Part shown: positions 1 through 13,500 of the stretch, piece after piece
How positions within the stretch are numbered: the stretch's first letter is position 1
Layout of the letters: every line of letters starts with the position of its first letter
DNA from: Balanoglossus misakiensis
Lineage: Eukaryota > Animalia > Hemichordata
Assembly (NCBI GenBank): GCA_040954595.2
Contig: CM082578.2
Coordinates: 2,834,831 to 2,898,830, forward strand
DNA: 64,000 nucleotides
Reading direction: 5' to 3'
The notes under the pieces: model-generated
What the model saw: the letters and a program-made list of their open reading frames with translations, nothing else
Told to the model about the DNA's origin: nothing
The model's database searches: none
Translations under genes and position numbers: made by a program

Positions 1-1553
1 TGGGGTCAATCAGACTTTTTTTATTTTTACATAGAATGGACTTTTTATATAATCAGATCTCTGAATATGAAGAAAGCAATTTGTCTTTAGTTTAGAAGAA
101 AATGGAATTTTTTTAGTATTTTCTAAAATGGCCTTTTTGGGCAAAAACTTGCCAAAAAATGCACTTTAATCTTGAGTGGCGCCAATAAACCTACTTTTTT
201 TGAATACCTACCAAATTTTACACAGGGTGGGTATATAATACATTATCAGATCTCCGAAAGTGAAATATATAAGTTTTGAGTGTTTTCTAAAAATGACATT
301 TTTGGGGCAAAAAGTGGCAAAAATGGCACATTTGCCTTGAGTGGGGGTGATTAAGGCTTCTATTTCTGGAATCAGAACTATTTTACATAGCATAAACTTT
401 TCATATATCACATGATCTCTGAATATGAAGAAAACAGTTTGTTTTTAGTTTTTTTGTAAAAATGACCTTTTTTGACCTAAAAAATGTGGCCAAAAATGGC
501 ATTTTTGTATTGATTGGGGTCAAAAAGACTGTTTTATGTTTTATAGTCACCATTTTACACATAGAATTGACTTTCCATATATCATTAAATCAATCAATAT
601 GAAGAGAAGAGTGTGTTTTAAGTTCTGTCTAAAAATGACGTTTTTGGGCAAAAAATTGTCAAAAAGGCAATTTTGTCTCGTTTGGGGTCAGTCAGACTGC
701 TTTTTTCGTAATATCAACTGAGTTTTACATAGAATAGGCATATTATATGTCATCAGATCTTCGAATGTGACGAAAACAGTGTGTTTTTAGTGTTTTCTAA
801 AAATGACCTTTTTGGGGTAAAAGTGGCAAAATGGCAATTTTGTCTTGGGTGGGGTCAATAAGACTGACTTTTTCGGAATCAGCACCATTTTTTACATAGA
901 ATGGACTTCACAAACCTTCCTTACTAAAATTTTTGTTTAAAGGCACCTATCTCCTAGGGTAATAACTTGTCATCATAGTCACTAGTTGGTAAGGGTACTT
1001 GGAAGTATGACGTAATGATAACGTAATTGTTTATCATATCAATGTTTTGCAATAATTAGATACTTTTCTCAATCAGCTTTCTGTTGATACCAAACACATC
1101 ACAGTTTTCATCAGTACAATTGCACAGAGACATGTTTTGCAAAACCACACATTTATAGGTGAACAGAACACCATTTTCGTAAGGGTATTTTGACTTATGA
1201 CGTCACTATGATGTCATGATTTGTCATATCACTTTTATTTTGTAATTAATGGAAAGCTTGTTTATTAAGCTTTCTTTTGATACCAAATACTTCCCTGTTG
1301 TTCTAGGTATACATTCAGAGAGACAGTATTTTACAAGACTAGTTTATCCCCCTACGTCAATTTATATGCACTTTTAGGCTTTCCTACATACGTTACCCAA
1401 TATAATTTAGAAGCCAATAACTCGAAAACGCCCCGGTGCCCAGATGGCAAACAAAGTGAATTTTACTCAGTATATGATAGGCTTTCAGAAAAACATTGTC
1501 TCAAAAATTTCCCCAGGGGGGGGGGGGGTAAACCTATTCTGGCTCATGGTCTA
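1..1553 (+). mobile_element. Right arm of non-autonomous Academ-type DNA transposon (same family as 58407-62328)
   Basis: Ends in CTGGCTCATGGTCTA at 1553, identical to the terminus at 62328. Sequence 400-1553 is colinear with ~61060-62328 and carries degenerate internal tandem repeats. The left part lies outside the window. Confidence 0.75.
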
Positions 1554-2017
1554 TGTAGGATATGAGAGTAAAAATCTCGCCAAAATGAATAAGTGGTAGA
1601 GATTGATTATCCATTTTCGCGAGTTTTCCACTCGTGTTTACAAGTGGGTTGGAACTTCTGTGTGATCGAATGTTGATTCACTATATATCCATGTGTAGAA
1701 TAACATAAAAGGTATCTTGTATCAAACATAATTAATGGGAAAAGGGCAGCAAGATAGACTTTGTCCCATTAATGGAAAGACTGGCCTAAAGCAGCATGAT
1801 TCGTATTGTATCAATGATGGAGACATTTCCATGTGGTTAACACCTACCCAAGGATTACATGTTTAACTGCATCACAGAACCCATAGCAGATTCCATTGTT
1901 ACCAATTGTGTGAATAATTCCTTCCATTTCCGTAATTACCAATTTCATCTATTCTACATGTTGTTCATATCCTGCTATATTGGTTGACCAGATGTGCCAA
2001 AATATTTGTTCACATAC

Positions 2018-2120
2018 CTTCATATTCATTGCCTTCTCTGTCTGTGTATGACAAACTCAAGATGTCATTTCCTGTCAGGCTATTAGCCATACCAAATGGC
2101 ATTCCCTTCAGACATTTAGC
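2018..2120 (-). CDS. Receptor gene exon 11 (GAIN-like beta region: AKCLKGMPFGMANSLTGNDILSLSYTDREGNEYE)
   Basis: Acceptor ctattgacag, donor gtatgt. 103 nt, phase 0 to 1, in frame with exon 5477-5835. The SLSYTDREGNEY motif resembles PKD1-like/adhesion-GPCR GAIN strands. Confidence 0.75.
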
Positions 2121-2171
2121 CTGTCAATAGAAAGAGATACGTGTGAGAGAGTGCAGAAATATATGCATGTA

Positions 2172-3382
2172 CCACGGAATTCAAAATACCAGCAACAAAC
2201 GCCAAATTAGCAAGACCGTATTTCTTTGATTCCGCCGACACGTTTTCTCTAAAATTTTAACAACGTCACAATTTAGTAGACAAAGAGGCGCCCCCCCATC
2301 CCAATTGCGCTGTTGAAGTACGTGCGTGTTGAGAGAGAGACGTGAACAGAAAGGGGTAGGAGACTCGACTCGAACACGGACGACGAGAGTTGTGTAGCGT
2401 GTTGAATGCTGCTCTACGAAGCTCTCGTTGTTACCTTCTGACCGGGACATTAGCACTTGAAAGGACTGGGTTCCTCCCGATGGGTTCTTGCTGATTGCCG
2501 CACGCCGGCGGGTATGAAAGTGTGGGACGTCGATCCACCGGCCGGCTGCACCGCTCCCAACATGACCAGCTCCACGCCACTTTGAGCTGCACCGCAGTCG
2601 GATATCCCATCCCAGCTTCCGGACAGCATATGAAGGTGTCTGAGGCCTTTTCTAGTCAAAGTGTACACGTTTAAAACTTTGGGGTTTTCGGAATGGAAAT
2701 AGCAGAACAAGAACATGGATATATGTATTAATCATGAACGCCAAACAAGTCCACCGCTGGGTGCGATGACGCGTCAACGTTAGTATTTTGCTGCCACAAA
2801 CAACAAGTTCATGCGTAGGTCGAGAAAGCGACCGGGTGATCGTTGCAAGGTTAGTGGCGGCCTCGCACGCCCGAATTTGCCACAGCACTATCAGTCGGCA
2901 CAGCATGCGGTTCAAACTCTTCCGTCGTATTTATTTCAACACAAATTTAGAATACAACACGGCAGTTTGGTACGTCGTCTCTATCCTACACTGCTAATTC
3001 TCATCTCAATCTCTAAAAAAAGTTCAACAGACGGGATACACTGCAGCCCGCGGCACTAGGAAAGGCAAAATTCACGTCTCTGCTTCACAGGAATCTATTG
3101 ACCTGAAGTGGGAGGAACCCAGTCCGTTCAAGTACAAATGTCCCGGTAAGAAGGTAACTACGAGCTTCGTAGAGCAGCGTTCGAGTCGACACGTCTCTCT
3201 CAACACGCACATACTTCAACTGCGCAATAGGGATGGGGGCGCCTCTTTGTCTACTAAATTGTGACGTTGTTACAATTTTAGAGATAAGGTGTCGGCCCCC
3301 CCCCAAAGAAAGCCGGTGGCCCCCTCAAAGAAAGCCAGTGTTGCTAGTTTGGCATTTGTTGCTAGTAAAAAGAATTCTGTAG
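2172..3382. mobile_element. Non-autonomous DNA transposon/MITE with ~300-bp imperfect TIRs, TA flanks (copy 1)
   Basis: TA|CCACGGAATTC...GAATTCTGTAG|TA. 2250-2345 is the reverse complement of ~3190-3290. A second, inverted copy lies at 51666-52925. Confidence 0.8.
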
Positions 3383-3469
3383 TAAATATACCAACAAAAG
3401 GGGGATGCATTTATACATTTATATTAGTGGGTTTGGAGGAGTTCTTCCATTAAGTCAGCAGGCTCACCC

Positions 3470-4510
3470 TGACAAAGAAAAATGTGGACCTTGTCAAAAA
3501 TGTAGCATATCATCAACTCCAAGATGGTACCACATACTGGGTACAGTAACTAAGCCAGACAATTTCAAAGATTGGGTTGTAAAAAGAAATGAATTTATCT
3601 CCATCTGGTTGTCTATGCAATAGCTGCAGAATATGTGTAGAAAAAGACTTTGAAGCACAAGCCCAGGGTAGTACCGAACAGGCACCTCATCAAAAAGACA
3701 AAACGTGTCACATTTGTGGAAATGTCTCTTGCCACAAAACCAGGGTGGGTGATAAAACCAGATTTCTAGCCATTGTCATAAACGCTTGACCTATTCTACT
3801 CTAAAATATCCCCACAATCCAGAGTTACTAATGGAGCACTTTACTGAACATGGGGACTATCCTGGATTAAAACTGGATGAAACTAGCACACTGTGTAAAA
3901 AGTGCTACATGTCTTTGTACCGCACAGTAGAAAAATGTCACTGAAGTGACACAGGGTTATCAAACATTATATGTAAACTTCAAGATAATTTGATAATTTT
4001 AATCCAGAGGCTGAGCTGGATGAAATAATTTTAATCAAAACAGCAATGCAATGCATGTTGGGGACAAACTGGTTTTTGGAGAACCCATGTTATTGGTCAC
4101 AAGCTCACCGACATCACATTACACTTCCTCCTTATGAAAACTCAGGATACAATGTGGAAAATGGGAAAATAAATATACTGTGGGATTCTGTGGAAAATAT
4201 GCAGAAGGTTCAAGAGCGTGTGATGTTTTACACAAAAGGGTGTAAATGTAAGAAAACAGGATGTAGGAATAATACATGTAAATGCAAAAAGAAGGGCATG
4301 ATGTGTGGCCCAGGCTGTAATTGCCTGAACTGCGTGAACAATACAATAACAAGGGCAGGGAACTGCAGACAGAAACTGATGAAATTATTGAAGAAGAAAC
4401 AAATAATGATGATAATGAAATCACAAATTGTGAAATAGAAGAAATTATTGAGGATGAACAAGAATATGATTTACCAGAAGAAAATGTTCTCGAAGTTGAT
4501 GATAGCACCT
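3470..4510 (+). pseudogene. Decayed, internally deleted Academ-like transposase with C-terminal Cys8 zinc finger
   Basis: ORF 4046-4438 reads YWSQ...LPPYENSGYNVENG...KGCKCKKTGCRNNTCKCKKKGMMCGPGCNCLNC, followed by an acidic tail in a shifted frame. Upstream fragments are Cys-rich and broken by stops. No termini were found. Confidence 0.55.
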
Positions 4511-5476
4511 TGACAGTGATGATGAAATTGCTGGGTAAAACTAGCAAATGTATTTGCCAATGTTACTAACTCAGTGTGGCTGTACGTGGGGGGGGGGGGG
4601 TGCATGCAACATACGCGGTGACTTGCAAGGAGAGTCAGTATTTCGCATAACCGTAGCCGCAATAATTGTAGCCCTGGTGGACATGGTCGTGCAGGTTGGG
4701 CTTTAGCTCACATCGTGTGGTTCGCGGCCGGGCGGCTTGTGCGAAGCTCACTTTAACGCCGGGAACTTACAGACCTAACTTCGACGCATACACATCGCGC
4801 GCAACATCGAAACCCGGAAGTAAGTGACCTGGATCAGTCAACACTGCGTCGTTTGCGTTTGCAAGGCGGCACTACTCCCATATTTGGACTGAAGTACCCT
4901 TGAACTTTCCAAATCATGTGATTAAAATATCGTGATGGCTCACGACCTCCTTGACCCCGTACCCGTTCGCTGAAAGTTGGCCCGTCGTAGCGTGATAAAT
5001 CACCGTAATGACTGGTGCCGAGATGGGTCGTGAATTGCAAGAAAATGACGCTAAAAATGGCGGATTTTTTCGTTATCCCAATAATTACTTCATAATACCT
5101 CAGAAAAGTTGATTTTTCTTTTTCTTTCGGGGTTTTTAACTGAGATAAACCACTTCTAAAAATGTGTTTACATGACAACGGCGAGGGTTGCGAACGCCAT
5201 GTTTGCAGCGCCCGCGTGTTCGAAAGCGAGGCTCCGGTGATGATAAAATATGCAAATTCACTACCCAGTTTCTCGACTGTATACGCTTAAAGCTACTAGT
5301 ATGTACTGCATGTACGGGGGGGGGGGTGTTATTGACAATGTTCACAGGGACACTGACATTGCAATTATAATTACTGTTAGTGCACTAAATTTTACTAAAA
5401 ATTTTGCAAATAAATTGGTCAATTCATCTGCTTTGCCTTACAGCTTTGCAGAGCCTCGCAATTGAATTTTACTTAC

Positions 5477-5835
5477 AATTCTGTTACTCGGTTTTCCTTG
5501 TAAATGTGTCCAGTTGGTGAAAATCTTTTCTGCTGGTGGTATGTCAAACTGATTAGCATCTCCGAACATAATGGTCACATCAGCAAGATTTTCAAGATAG
5601 TCACATTCTAACTGCAGTTTGATACTACGTGTATCCAAGATAACTGGCCCACTGCCTGGTTTTGTGTTGCTTAGAACAAATTGTGAGAGTTCATCAGTTG
5701 TTTCCAGTATGGACTGCATCAACAGACCAATAGCACTGGTTCGGTCATTGTTGTTGTTGGAGCCAGTTGGATATTCACTCGCTGACTCAGAAGACACAAG
5801 TGCTGTGATACCCGCATCCATAATCTGCAGCATAT
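5477..5835 (-). CDS. Receptor gene exon 10 (helical / GAIN-like region)
   Basis: Acceptor ttcatgacag, perfect donor GTAAGT at 5471-5476. 359 nt, phase 1 to 0, reading DMLQIMDAGITAL...SILETTDELSQFVLSNTKPGSGPVILDTRSIKLQLE...NRI. Confidence 0.8.
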
Positions 5836-5940
5836 CTGTCATGAATAAGAAAGTGCACAGCCTGATCAGACCCTACGCTATAGGCAAGAGGTGTATCAGC
5901 AGACATTGCTTTAGCTTTGAGTTAACACAGAGATGGGTGC

Positions 5941-7819
5941 TTCTTAGGGGCACAAGCGCCTGAGTACTGGTGCACCTGCCCTTTGAATTTGTAATTAGGC
6001 ACGTGACTTGGTGACTATAATCAAGCGAAATTTTCAAATTGACCTAATTTGCCCGTTAATGGGGGCATGTACATTCTTTTCGCGATTTTCGTAGACCATG
6101 TGGCCAAAATCCCCTGTGCCAAATTTCAAGGTTCTACGCCACGTCGATTCTGAGAAGAAGATTTTTATAATATTTTTCGCATTTTTTGGTGGGCTGAGGA
6201 CGAACACTGGGGCATCGGACTTTGACCGTCATTACGTAATGTTGGATTGCAGTAGTCCTTGGAAAATCGGCTGAAATACGTAAACAGACCAGTGATTATT
6301 GTCCACGGAATGAATTTTGGGACAACACATAATCGGAGTTCAGGCTGAGTTAGGGCGTTTTATTGAATTACGCTGAGTTTGTTAGCTGTTGCCGTTCAAA
6401 TGTTTCTATCCAGACCCGGCTACGCTGGTTAACATTGCGGCAGCGGACTTTGACCCTCACTCGCTAATGTAATTAGCATGGTAGTCACATGTAGTGGGTA
6501 TTAGTTCGGGAAAGAACCAGTGATTTTCTTGCACGAAGGGAGTATGGTACCAGCAATAATCAGAGATCAGGCTTCGTTGCCGTTCAAAAGTTGCTACTTT
6601 AGTCGTGACGTTGCAACTGGACATTCAGTATGGGGGTCGGCCCGCAGATGGCCGTGGGGGTTATCAGGTCGCCCGTAACGGCACGCAGCTACATGCAGCT
6701 GTATGGGACCAAAAAAATACGCCCGATTCGGGGGTCACCTGAGACACCTGCGTAACTCAATAATTATGTGCATGCGTAATTGTGGGGTCAATGAAAGGGA
6801 TGCTAGCGTGGTATTCGTTGCACATGGATCAATATGAAGTGCGATTTTCCCGTCAAGTTGTGGGAGACCTTATGTGACCTTTCACCTACTTTTGCTTAAT
6901 GAGCATCCACAGCAGATGCATGCAGCTTTGGCTTGGGGGGGGGGGGCATATACGGATGGGACCATAATGATATACCAAAGGCGGGGTCACCTGTTGCACC
7001 TGCCTAAGTCATTGATTTTGTACATTTAATTGGACACTAACCAACAGGGCGATATGTGTGGTTTTTGTTCCACAGGGACGAATGTAAGTGTCAGTTGGTT
7101 TTTTGCCCAAATGTATAAGGTGATTTGGATGACCTCTGTCGTACAGTGCCATATCTCAGCACGTTGTACAGGTGCAGCTTTGGTATTTGGAGGGATGAAA
7201 CTATCATGAAATGCCAAATACAGGGGGATACCTGTGACACCTGCTTGATTCATGTATTACGTGCATGCCTAATGGTAAGCAAAGTGAAGGGGCTGCAAAT
7301 GAAGGATTTGTTGCATAAACAGGAATGAAATTTTTTTGTAAAATTTTGGGGTGACCGCAGGTGTCCATTGACCTGCTTTCCATATGTTCGCATGTACAGC
7401 ATATATAGCGAGGTGTTTGGAGGGGTACGGTAGGACCGTCATGAAATGCTAAATTTCTGGGGCCACCTTGCGTAACTTATTATTATGGCCATACCTAATT
7501 TGACAAACCCAAAGGGCGAGGATTGTCTGTTGTCTTGAATATGAACCAAATAGGAATCCAAATTATTGGCCCAATTTTTGGGTACCCTCACCTGACCTTT
7601 GAAGTACTTACTGAAGTACTTATACATAGCGTAGAAGTTCACTTTTGGTTGTTGTGTTTGTACTTGTAGGACATCCATTTCGGGTGGTTGCCTACTTCCC
7701 CATATCTCCACATCCAGAGCAAATACGGCCTACGCATTTGAATGGTACAACCCTGAATGGAGTCTAATGGTTATTATCTCTATGCTTGGGCCCCTTCAAT
7801 GCTGCTTGCAGCTTTAATT
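5941..7819 (+). mobile_element. Diverged Helentron-like non-autonomous element related to HINE family 1 (intronic, antisense to the gene)
   Basis: 3' end gcttgggccccttcaatgctgcttgcagctttaatt matches family-1 tails. A degenerate 5' subTIR ttaggggcacaagc sits at ~5944, and ggggtcacctg motifs are shared. Confidence 0.6.
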
Positions 7820-7970
7820 TAATTTCTTGTTTTCATAAAAATCATTACTTTAATTTTTGCATCTCAGCATTAAGACGGGGTTGGGACCATTTTGAATTTT
7901 AAAATTGGAACAATGTTGCTCTCTTATTCAAAAGATTGCTTGGTGACACTCAATTGTTATTCTCACCCAC

Positions 7971-8061
7971 CTTTGGCTATAGCTTTGCTTTCTTCTGTTG
8001 TGATATTTACACCATCAAGATTTGATATGTAACTGGACAACTGAATAAAACTGTTAGCCAT
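7971..8061 (-). CDS. Receptor gene exon 9 (MANSFIQLSSYISNLDGVNITTEESKAIAK)
   Basis: Acceptor ttatgacag, donor gtgggt. 91 nt, phase 0 to 1; joins exon 10 as ...KAIAKDMLQIM. Confidence 0.75.
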
Positions 8062-8241
8062 CTGTCATAACACATAAGATAGAGACATGTGACAGAAGAA
8101 ATAATGTATTAATGACCATCACATATCCCTTGCACTTTCCAAGGACCCCCTTTGTCTATTTGAAATACATTTTCATAATGGTATCATGGCTGAATCCCTA
8201 TTTAATCATTACAGACATTGTTGACTGCTTGTTATACTTAC

Positions 8242-8291
8242 GTCTGTTATGGATATATTCGTGAAGTTGGTAATAATAGGTCTGACTAGAG
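8242..8291 (-). CDS. Receptor gene exon 8 (short linker ALVRPIITNFTNISITD)
   Basis: Polypyrimidine tract plus actgaccag acceptor, GTAAGT donor. 50 nt, phase 1 to 0, exactly bridging the HYR exon and exon 9. Confidence 0.65.
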
Positions 8292-8686
8292 CTGGTCAGT
8301 TGGCAAGATACCAGACAACGGTGTGAATAAAAAGAAAAGAAAAAGTATTCACTGTTATTTTCTCAACATAGTTATAAGAGCTTTTCTGAACTCTTGTGAG
8401 ACCTTGCATGGCTAGGCCATTCATATGGGAGGACGTTTTCAAATGAAAATGGAAAATCAATATATGGTCAATTGTGCAAAATGGCAAAAGGTTATCAGTC
8501 ACAGATTGGTAGCCATTTTTTTTAATTTCAAGTATGAGATAACATGGCTCTCGTATTTAAAATCTTGCAAGGTGACCCCTTTAGTTTTATACTCAATTTT
8601 GATGAAGAATAATGTAAAGTTGGCGTGTTAAGAGAGATTTTCAAGGCTCATACTACCTAAGCAAGACTACCAACAATCAAACTTAC

Positions 8687-8926
8687 CATTCACTTTGACA
8701 ATAAATGAGCATGACACTTTATTCCCCGATGGATCAACGGCTTCATACGTCACGACAGTGTCACCCAAAGAAAAGTTGCTTCCCTGTTGATGGCTACCGG
8801 ACACACTAACATCTCCAGAATTATCAGTGGCATTTACATGAGGCCATCTTACTTGGACAATAGGATCATCAAGGTATGCAGATTTGTCGGTGACTTCAGG
8901 ACAGTTGATAATAGGGTTTTCATTGT
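8687..8926 (-). CDS. Receptor gene exon 7, HYR domain 2
   Basis: DNENPIINCP...VRWPHVNATDNSG...GSNFSLGDTVVTYEAVDPSGNKVSCSFIVKV is the HYR pattern. 240 nt phase 1-1 exon with ttcag / GTAAGT boundaries. Confidence 0.9.
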
Positions 8927-9199
8927 CTGAAAAAAAAAATTGTAAGAAAATTAATTGGATTACATAAATTCCAATCAAAGTATCTTTTAATTCAACAGAA
9001 CTGAAAGAATATTGTATTTTGAAAGAATAGTGTGTGTTTTGACATATTTCAACTATTGATATACAGCATGTATTGGGCCTGATATAAAATAAACATGACG
9101 CACTATTTCCTGACAGATCTAGATGCATTAATCCTTAACCGTATTGACGATTAAACTTTTTGATTTAGTGAACATTTAATTCATGAGTAGGATATTTAC

Positions 9200-9439
9200 C
9201 TGTTACTGTCACATAAAATGAACATGAAGCACTATTTCCTGAAGGGTCAAGAGCCTTATAAAACACAACCGTCACACCAATGTTAAAATTACTTCCAGGT
9301 TCATGGCTTGCAGATATAGAAACATTCTGAGAATTATCAGATACATGTGGGGGTCGCCAGGTGACGACTGCAGTGGAATCCTTAAGGGTTGTTGTGGCCT
9401 CTATGCCTTCTGGACAGGATATGGTAGGATCTTCCATGC
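9200..9439 (-). CDS. Receptor gene exon 6, HYR domain 1
   Basis: MEDPTISCP...VVTWRPPHVSDNS...GSNFNIGVTVVFYKALDPSGNSASCSFYVTVT. 240 nt phase 1-1 exon with ttccag / gtaaat boundaries. Confidence 0.9.
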
Positions 9440-9597
9440 CTGGAAAAGAGGGTCTGGTTAGAAAAAATATACACTAATACATTTCCTTGTCATATACTGT
9501 GACTTGGCTCAATCTTATCATTCAAACATGGACGGGGAGTTTCACTAGATATTCCTTCCAGGGTGCATATCAATAATTGAATGTTGAAACCAATTAC

Positions 9598-9730
9598 AAA
9601 ATAGCATCAAGGACACTGTGGTCCATTTTAGGGATTACACATGAAGAAGTCTACAGCGGATTACATATACAGACAGACAGACACACACGCAAACACTGAC
9701 TGACCCATAAGCTGTCGATGGCATGTGTTT
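9598..9730 (-). mobile_element. Short remnant of HINE family 2
   Basis: Reverse complement of the family-2 tail (ggaccacagtgtccttgaYgctatttt, cf. 57980 and 58288), plus a (CAGA)n tract. Confidence 0.5.
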
Positions 9731-10547
9731 AACACATATTCAGTTATGTAAACATGCAGCAATTTGCTGTGTGTAAAAACCCCATAAGGGTTTCTCTCTA
9801 AATACAAAGAACTATGTACTGGTAATTTCTCTTCTTGTGATAAAAAAATTTGTGATATAAGACAAAAACTCCTACAAAATATAAAAATACTGAATTACCT
9901 ATGATTTTATTGCATAATAATTGTAGAGAATCCCCCCCCCCCTATTAACTTACAACTCAAATTTTAAAGTAATCAGCCATACACTTTCTGAGAAATATAT
10001 TTTTTAAATCAAAATTGAAAAATATGCCCCTAAAATACAAGATATTGCCCCCACAAAACATTGACATTTTCATCATTATTGGTTTTGTAAATCATCATGA
10101 GAACTCACCCAGAGACCTTCATATCAAATTTCAAAGCAATGGGGGTAGAGGGTTCTGAGAAAGAATTTTGACCAAACATGGCAAAACTAACCCCCAAAAC
10201 ATACAATTGAATTCTTCAAGTTGATTTCAAAAACACACATGTACATGTACATCTTACATGGGGTACCCCTAGGAACATGCCTACCAAATGTCAAAGCAAT
10301 GTGACAAGCAGTTTTATAGAAACAGATTTTTGACAGAAAATGGCAAAAATTGCTCAAAATTACAAATATGCAAATTTTGCAACAATTTGAAGAAAACTAT
10401 GGTAACTCAGACCACCTATATGAAGCTTAAAAGTAAATGTCAAAGAGGGATGGCTATATCACTTTCACAATTTAAGATTTTTTAACAATAATGTGGAAAA
10501 AAATATAAAATTCACTATTTTAGCTCAAAACATACAGGAATGTATGA

Positions 10548-13500
10548 TAGTGCGGTATGGTATGTCATGAAAAACAGCTCCCGTAGGATTTTTGTGCTAA
10601 AATTGTTTTTTTTTGCTGTTTTGGCTTCTATGGGGACCCAACTACCCGAAAATGATGGGGTGCAATTTTAAGGGCCCCTCCATCATATTTTTCTGGGGGG
10701 GGGGTACTTCTGTTTTGTGGTATGATGTGTATTCCCGTTGGATTTTTGTGCTAAAATTGATTTTTGTGCTGTTTTGGCTTCTATGGGGACCCAACTACCC
10801 AAAATGATGGGGTGCAATTTTTAGGGCCCCTCCATCATATTTTTCTGGGGGGGGGGTACTTCCGTTTTGTGGTATTATATGTATTCCCGTAGGATTTTTG
10901 TGCTAAAATTGATTGTTTTTGCTGCTTTGGCTTCAATGGGGACCCAACTACCCGAAAATGATGGGGTGCAATTTTTAGGGCCCCTCCATCACTTTTTTTC
11001 TGGGGGGGGGGGGTACTCCCGTTTTGTGGTATGATATGTATTCCCGTAGGATTTTTGTGCTAAAATTGATTGTTTTTGCTGCTTTGGCTTCAATGGGGAC
11101 CCAACTACCCGAAAATGATGGGGTGCAATTTGTAGGGCCCCTCCATCACTTTTTTCTGGTGGGGGGGGGGGGGTACTCCCGTTTTGGCCTCCCCGAAGAT
11201 ATTTATTCACCTAGCGTATCTATCTACTCCATTTTCGTACAATTTTCTGCTAAAGAATTCTTTTGCTGTTTTGACTTAAATGGGCACCCACCTGGTCACA
11301 AAAGATCACATGCAAATTTTAGGGCCCCTCTATTACATTTGTGGGAGGGGGGCACTTCCATTTCGACAATCTTAACGGTATTTATTCACCTATTTCCTGT
11401 ATTCTCGTAGGAGTTTTTGCTATGGTTATTTGCTTTGTTTGCTGTTGTGGTTTCAATGATGAATAAACACCCCCAAAAAGATGGAAATCAATTTGTTGGA
11501 CCCCACCATCACATTTTCTTGCAAGGCGGGGGGGGGGGGGGGGTCACTTAAGTTTAAGCAGCCCTGGAGATATTTGTTCATTGATCTAACCTTCATAGTG
11601 TGACATGTGTATTTGTAAAGGATTTCTTCAAATTTCCTTTTTTTGTTTCAACTTCTATGGGGACCGAACTGCTCAAAAATGAGGGAGGTCAAATTTTAGG
11701 GCCCCTCCCCATTTTGGGAATCTCAAATATAAGACAGTTTATGCGGTAAACATATCAGTTACCTACATTTGTATCAGTTGTCACATATACTACAGCGCTG
11801 TCTTAGTTTTAAAAATATACTTAGTTGAATTATGACACTAACAAATCAACCACAAATATCTCTCTGATTTGGACTAATATACCTCCCCTCACCTAGGACC
11901 GCCACCCAACTCATCACCACACTCATGTTTTCTATGGTTTACAAAAGTATAGTATACTAGGCTTTACCAAATAGTATAATATATTAGGGTTACTCTTTTT
12001 TCTCTTTCCCGGGGCAATTAGTGAAAGTCTGTGTAGATGTGAACTTTTTCATTAAAAGTTGTTTATTCTTTCGTAGCACAATCAATGTCTGAGATATTTA
12101 CCATTGTACTAAAATTCTCACCGATATCAGTCTGTGCAAAAACTCTGAAGTACGTTTTAGTTCAACACTTGTTTTTTGGGGTATTAAAACGATATTCAGT
12201 TGAACTCATTTCAAAGTTAAAGACTGTCGTAAATAAAGCCTGTGAAGTACATATCAGTTGAAGTATTGTCTATTTTAAAGTAGTATTTTCAAAAGTTTCA
12301 TGCCAATAGCGTAATAGTGCTGTAAAAAGCCCTTGAATTATGTCTTACTTCTAAAACTTGTTTTGGTAAACATTAACAATATCAAATTTGGCTCATTTTG
12401 TAGCTCAATACTACTGAAAATAAAACAAGTCTGTGAACTACATCTTAGTTTTATTACTAAATACATATTGGCTATTTTCTTAGCACCGTAAGCCGCGTTT
12501 TACGTTCCAGATCGATAGCTATTTGGACATTTTGCAATAAACTACAGAATTAATATGTCAGATAAAAACAAGATTTGCGTGATCTGTGAAAAGGGTGCCA
12601 CCCCTTCATCACAATGAGGGATAAATCATACGCAACAAATTGTCCTGAACTTCCACCAATCGAAAAGAATGGGTGGAAATCGGAGAATGGCGTGTTTTAT
12701 CCAGTAAAATGTCTTGCTCTCCCTGCACCAAAGGCAGTACTAGAGCTTATCAAATGTGGCTGCAAAGCAGGTTGTAGGGGACGTTGCAGTTGCTCAAAGA
12801 ATGATTTACCATGTACTCCACTCTGCAAATGCTATGGTGGAGACTGAAAACCAATTAAGGGAAAATGTTCTTGAAGATAACGACACTGACGATGAGTAGA
12901 TCAAACAGAACTGGTTTTTGTGAAAATGATGATTGAGAATACCAAGATATCAGAAAAGAATCGTTATGCTTCTTGGGTTGTTTATTGCACCTTCCGTGGT
13001 AGGGAGGGTGCCTCAAGGGTCCATTTTATGAGATGGGACTGTAGTTCGGAAAATAAACTAAAATACACATTATGTACTTTATTATATATAAAGGAGTTTT
13101 AATTTACCTTAGTATACTAAATTTAGAATAAACGAAAAAATCTACGATTAAAAAACAACTGTTACAACGGGTTGGCGAAAACAAATATAGAGAACCCCCC
13201 CCCCCCACAAAAAAAATGTGGTAAAGGGGTCCAACATTTTGCACAACATCACTTTTCGGCAGTCAGTCTGCATTCAAGCCAAAGGAGCAAACCAAATTGC
13301 AAGAAATACCACGACAATACTAACCGTATAGTAAATAGGTGAACAAGTATCTTCAGGGTGGCCAAAACAGAAATGATTACCCCCCCCCCCCCCAAGACAT
13401 GATGGAAGGTTCCAAAAATTTGAACTCACCCCATTTTAGTTCTGGTGGAGCCCCATTGAAACACAAAACATAAAGAAAAATAATATTTGTAGCAAACTAT

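Noticed and set aside
2181-3306. ORF cluster shared with 51701-52964
   Set aside because: Two copies of one MITE; frames are not conserved between copies and there is no transposase motif.
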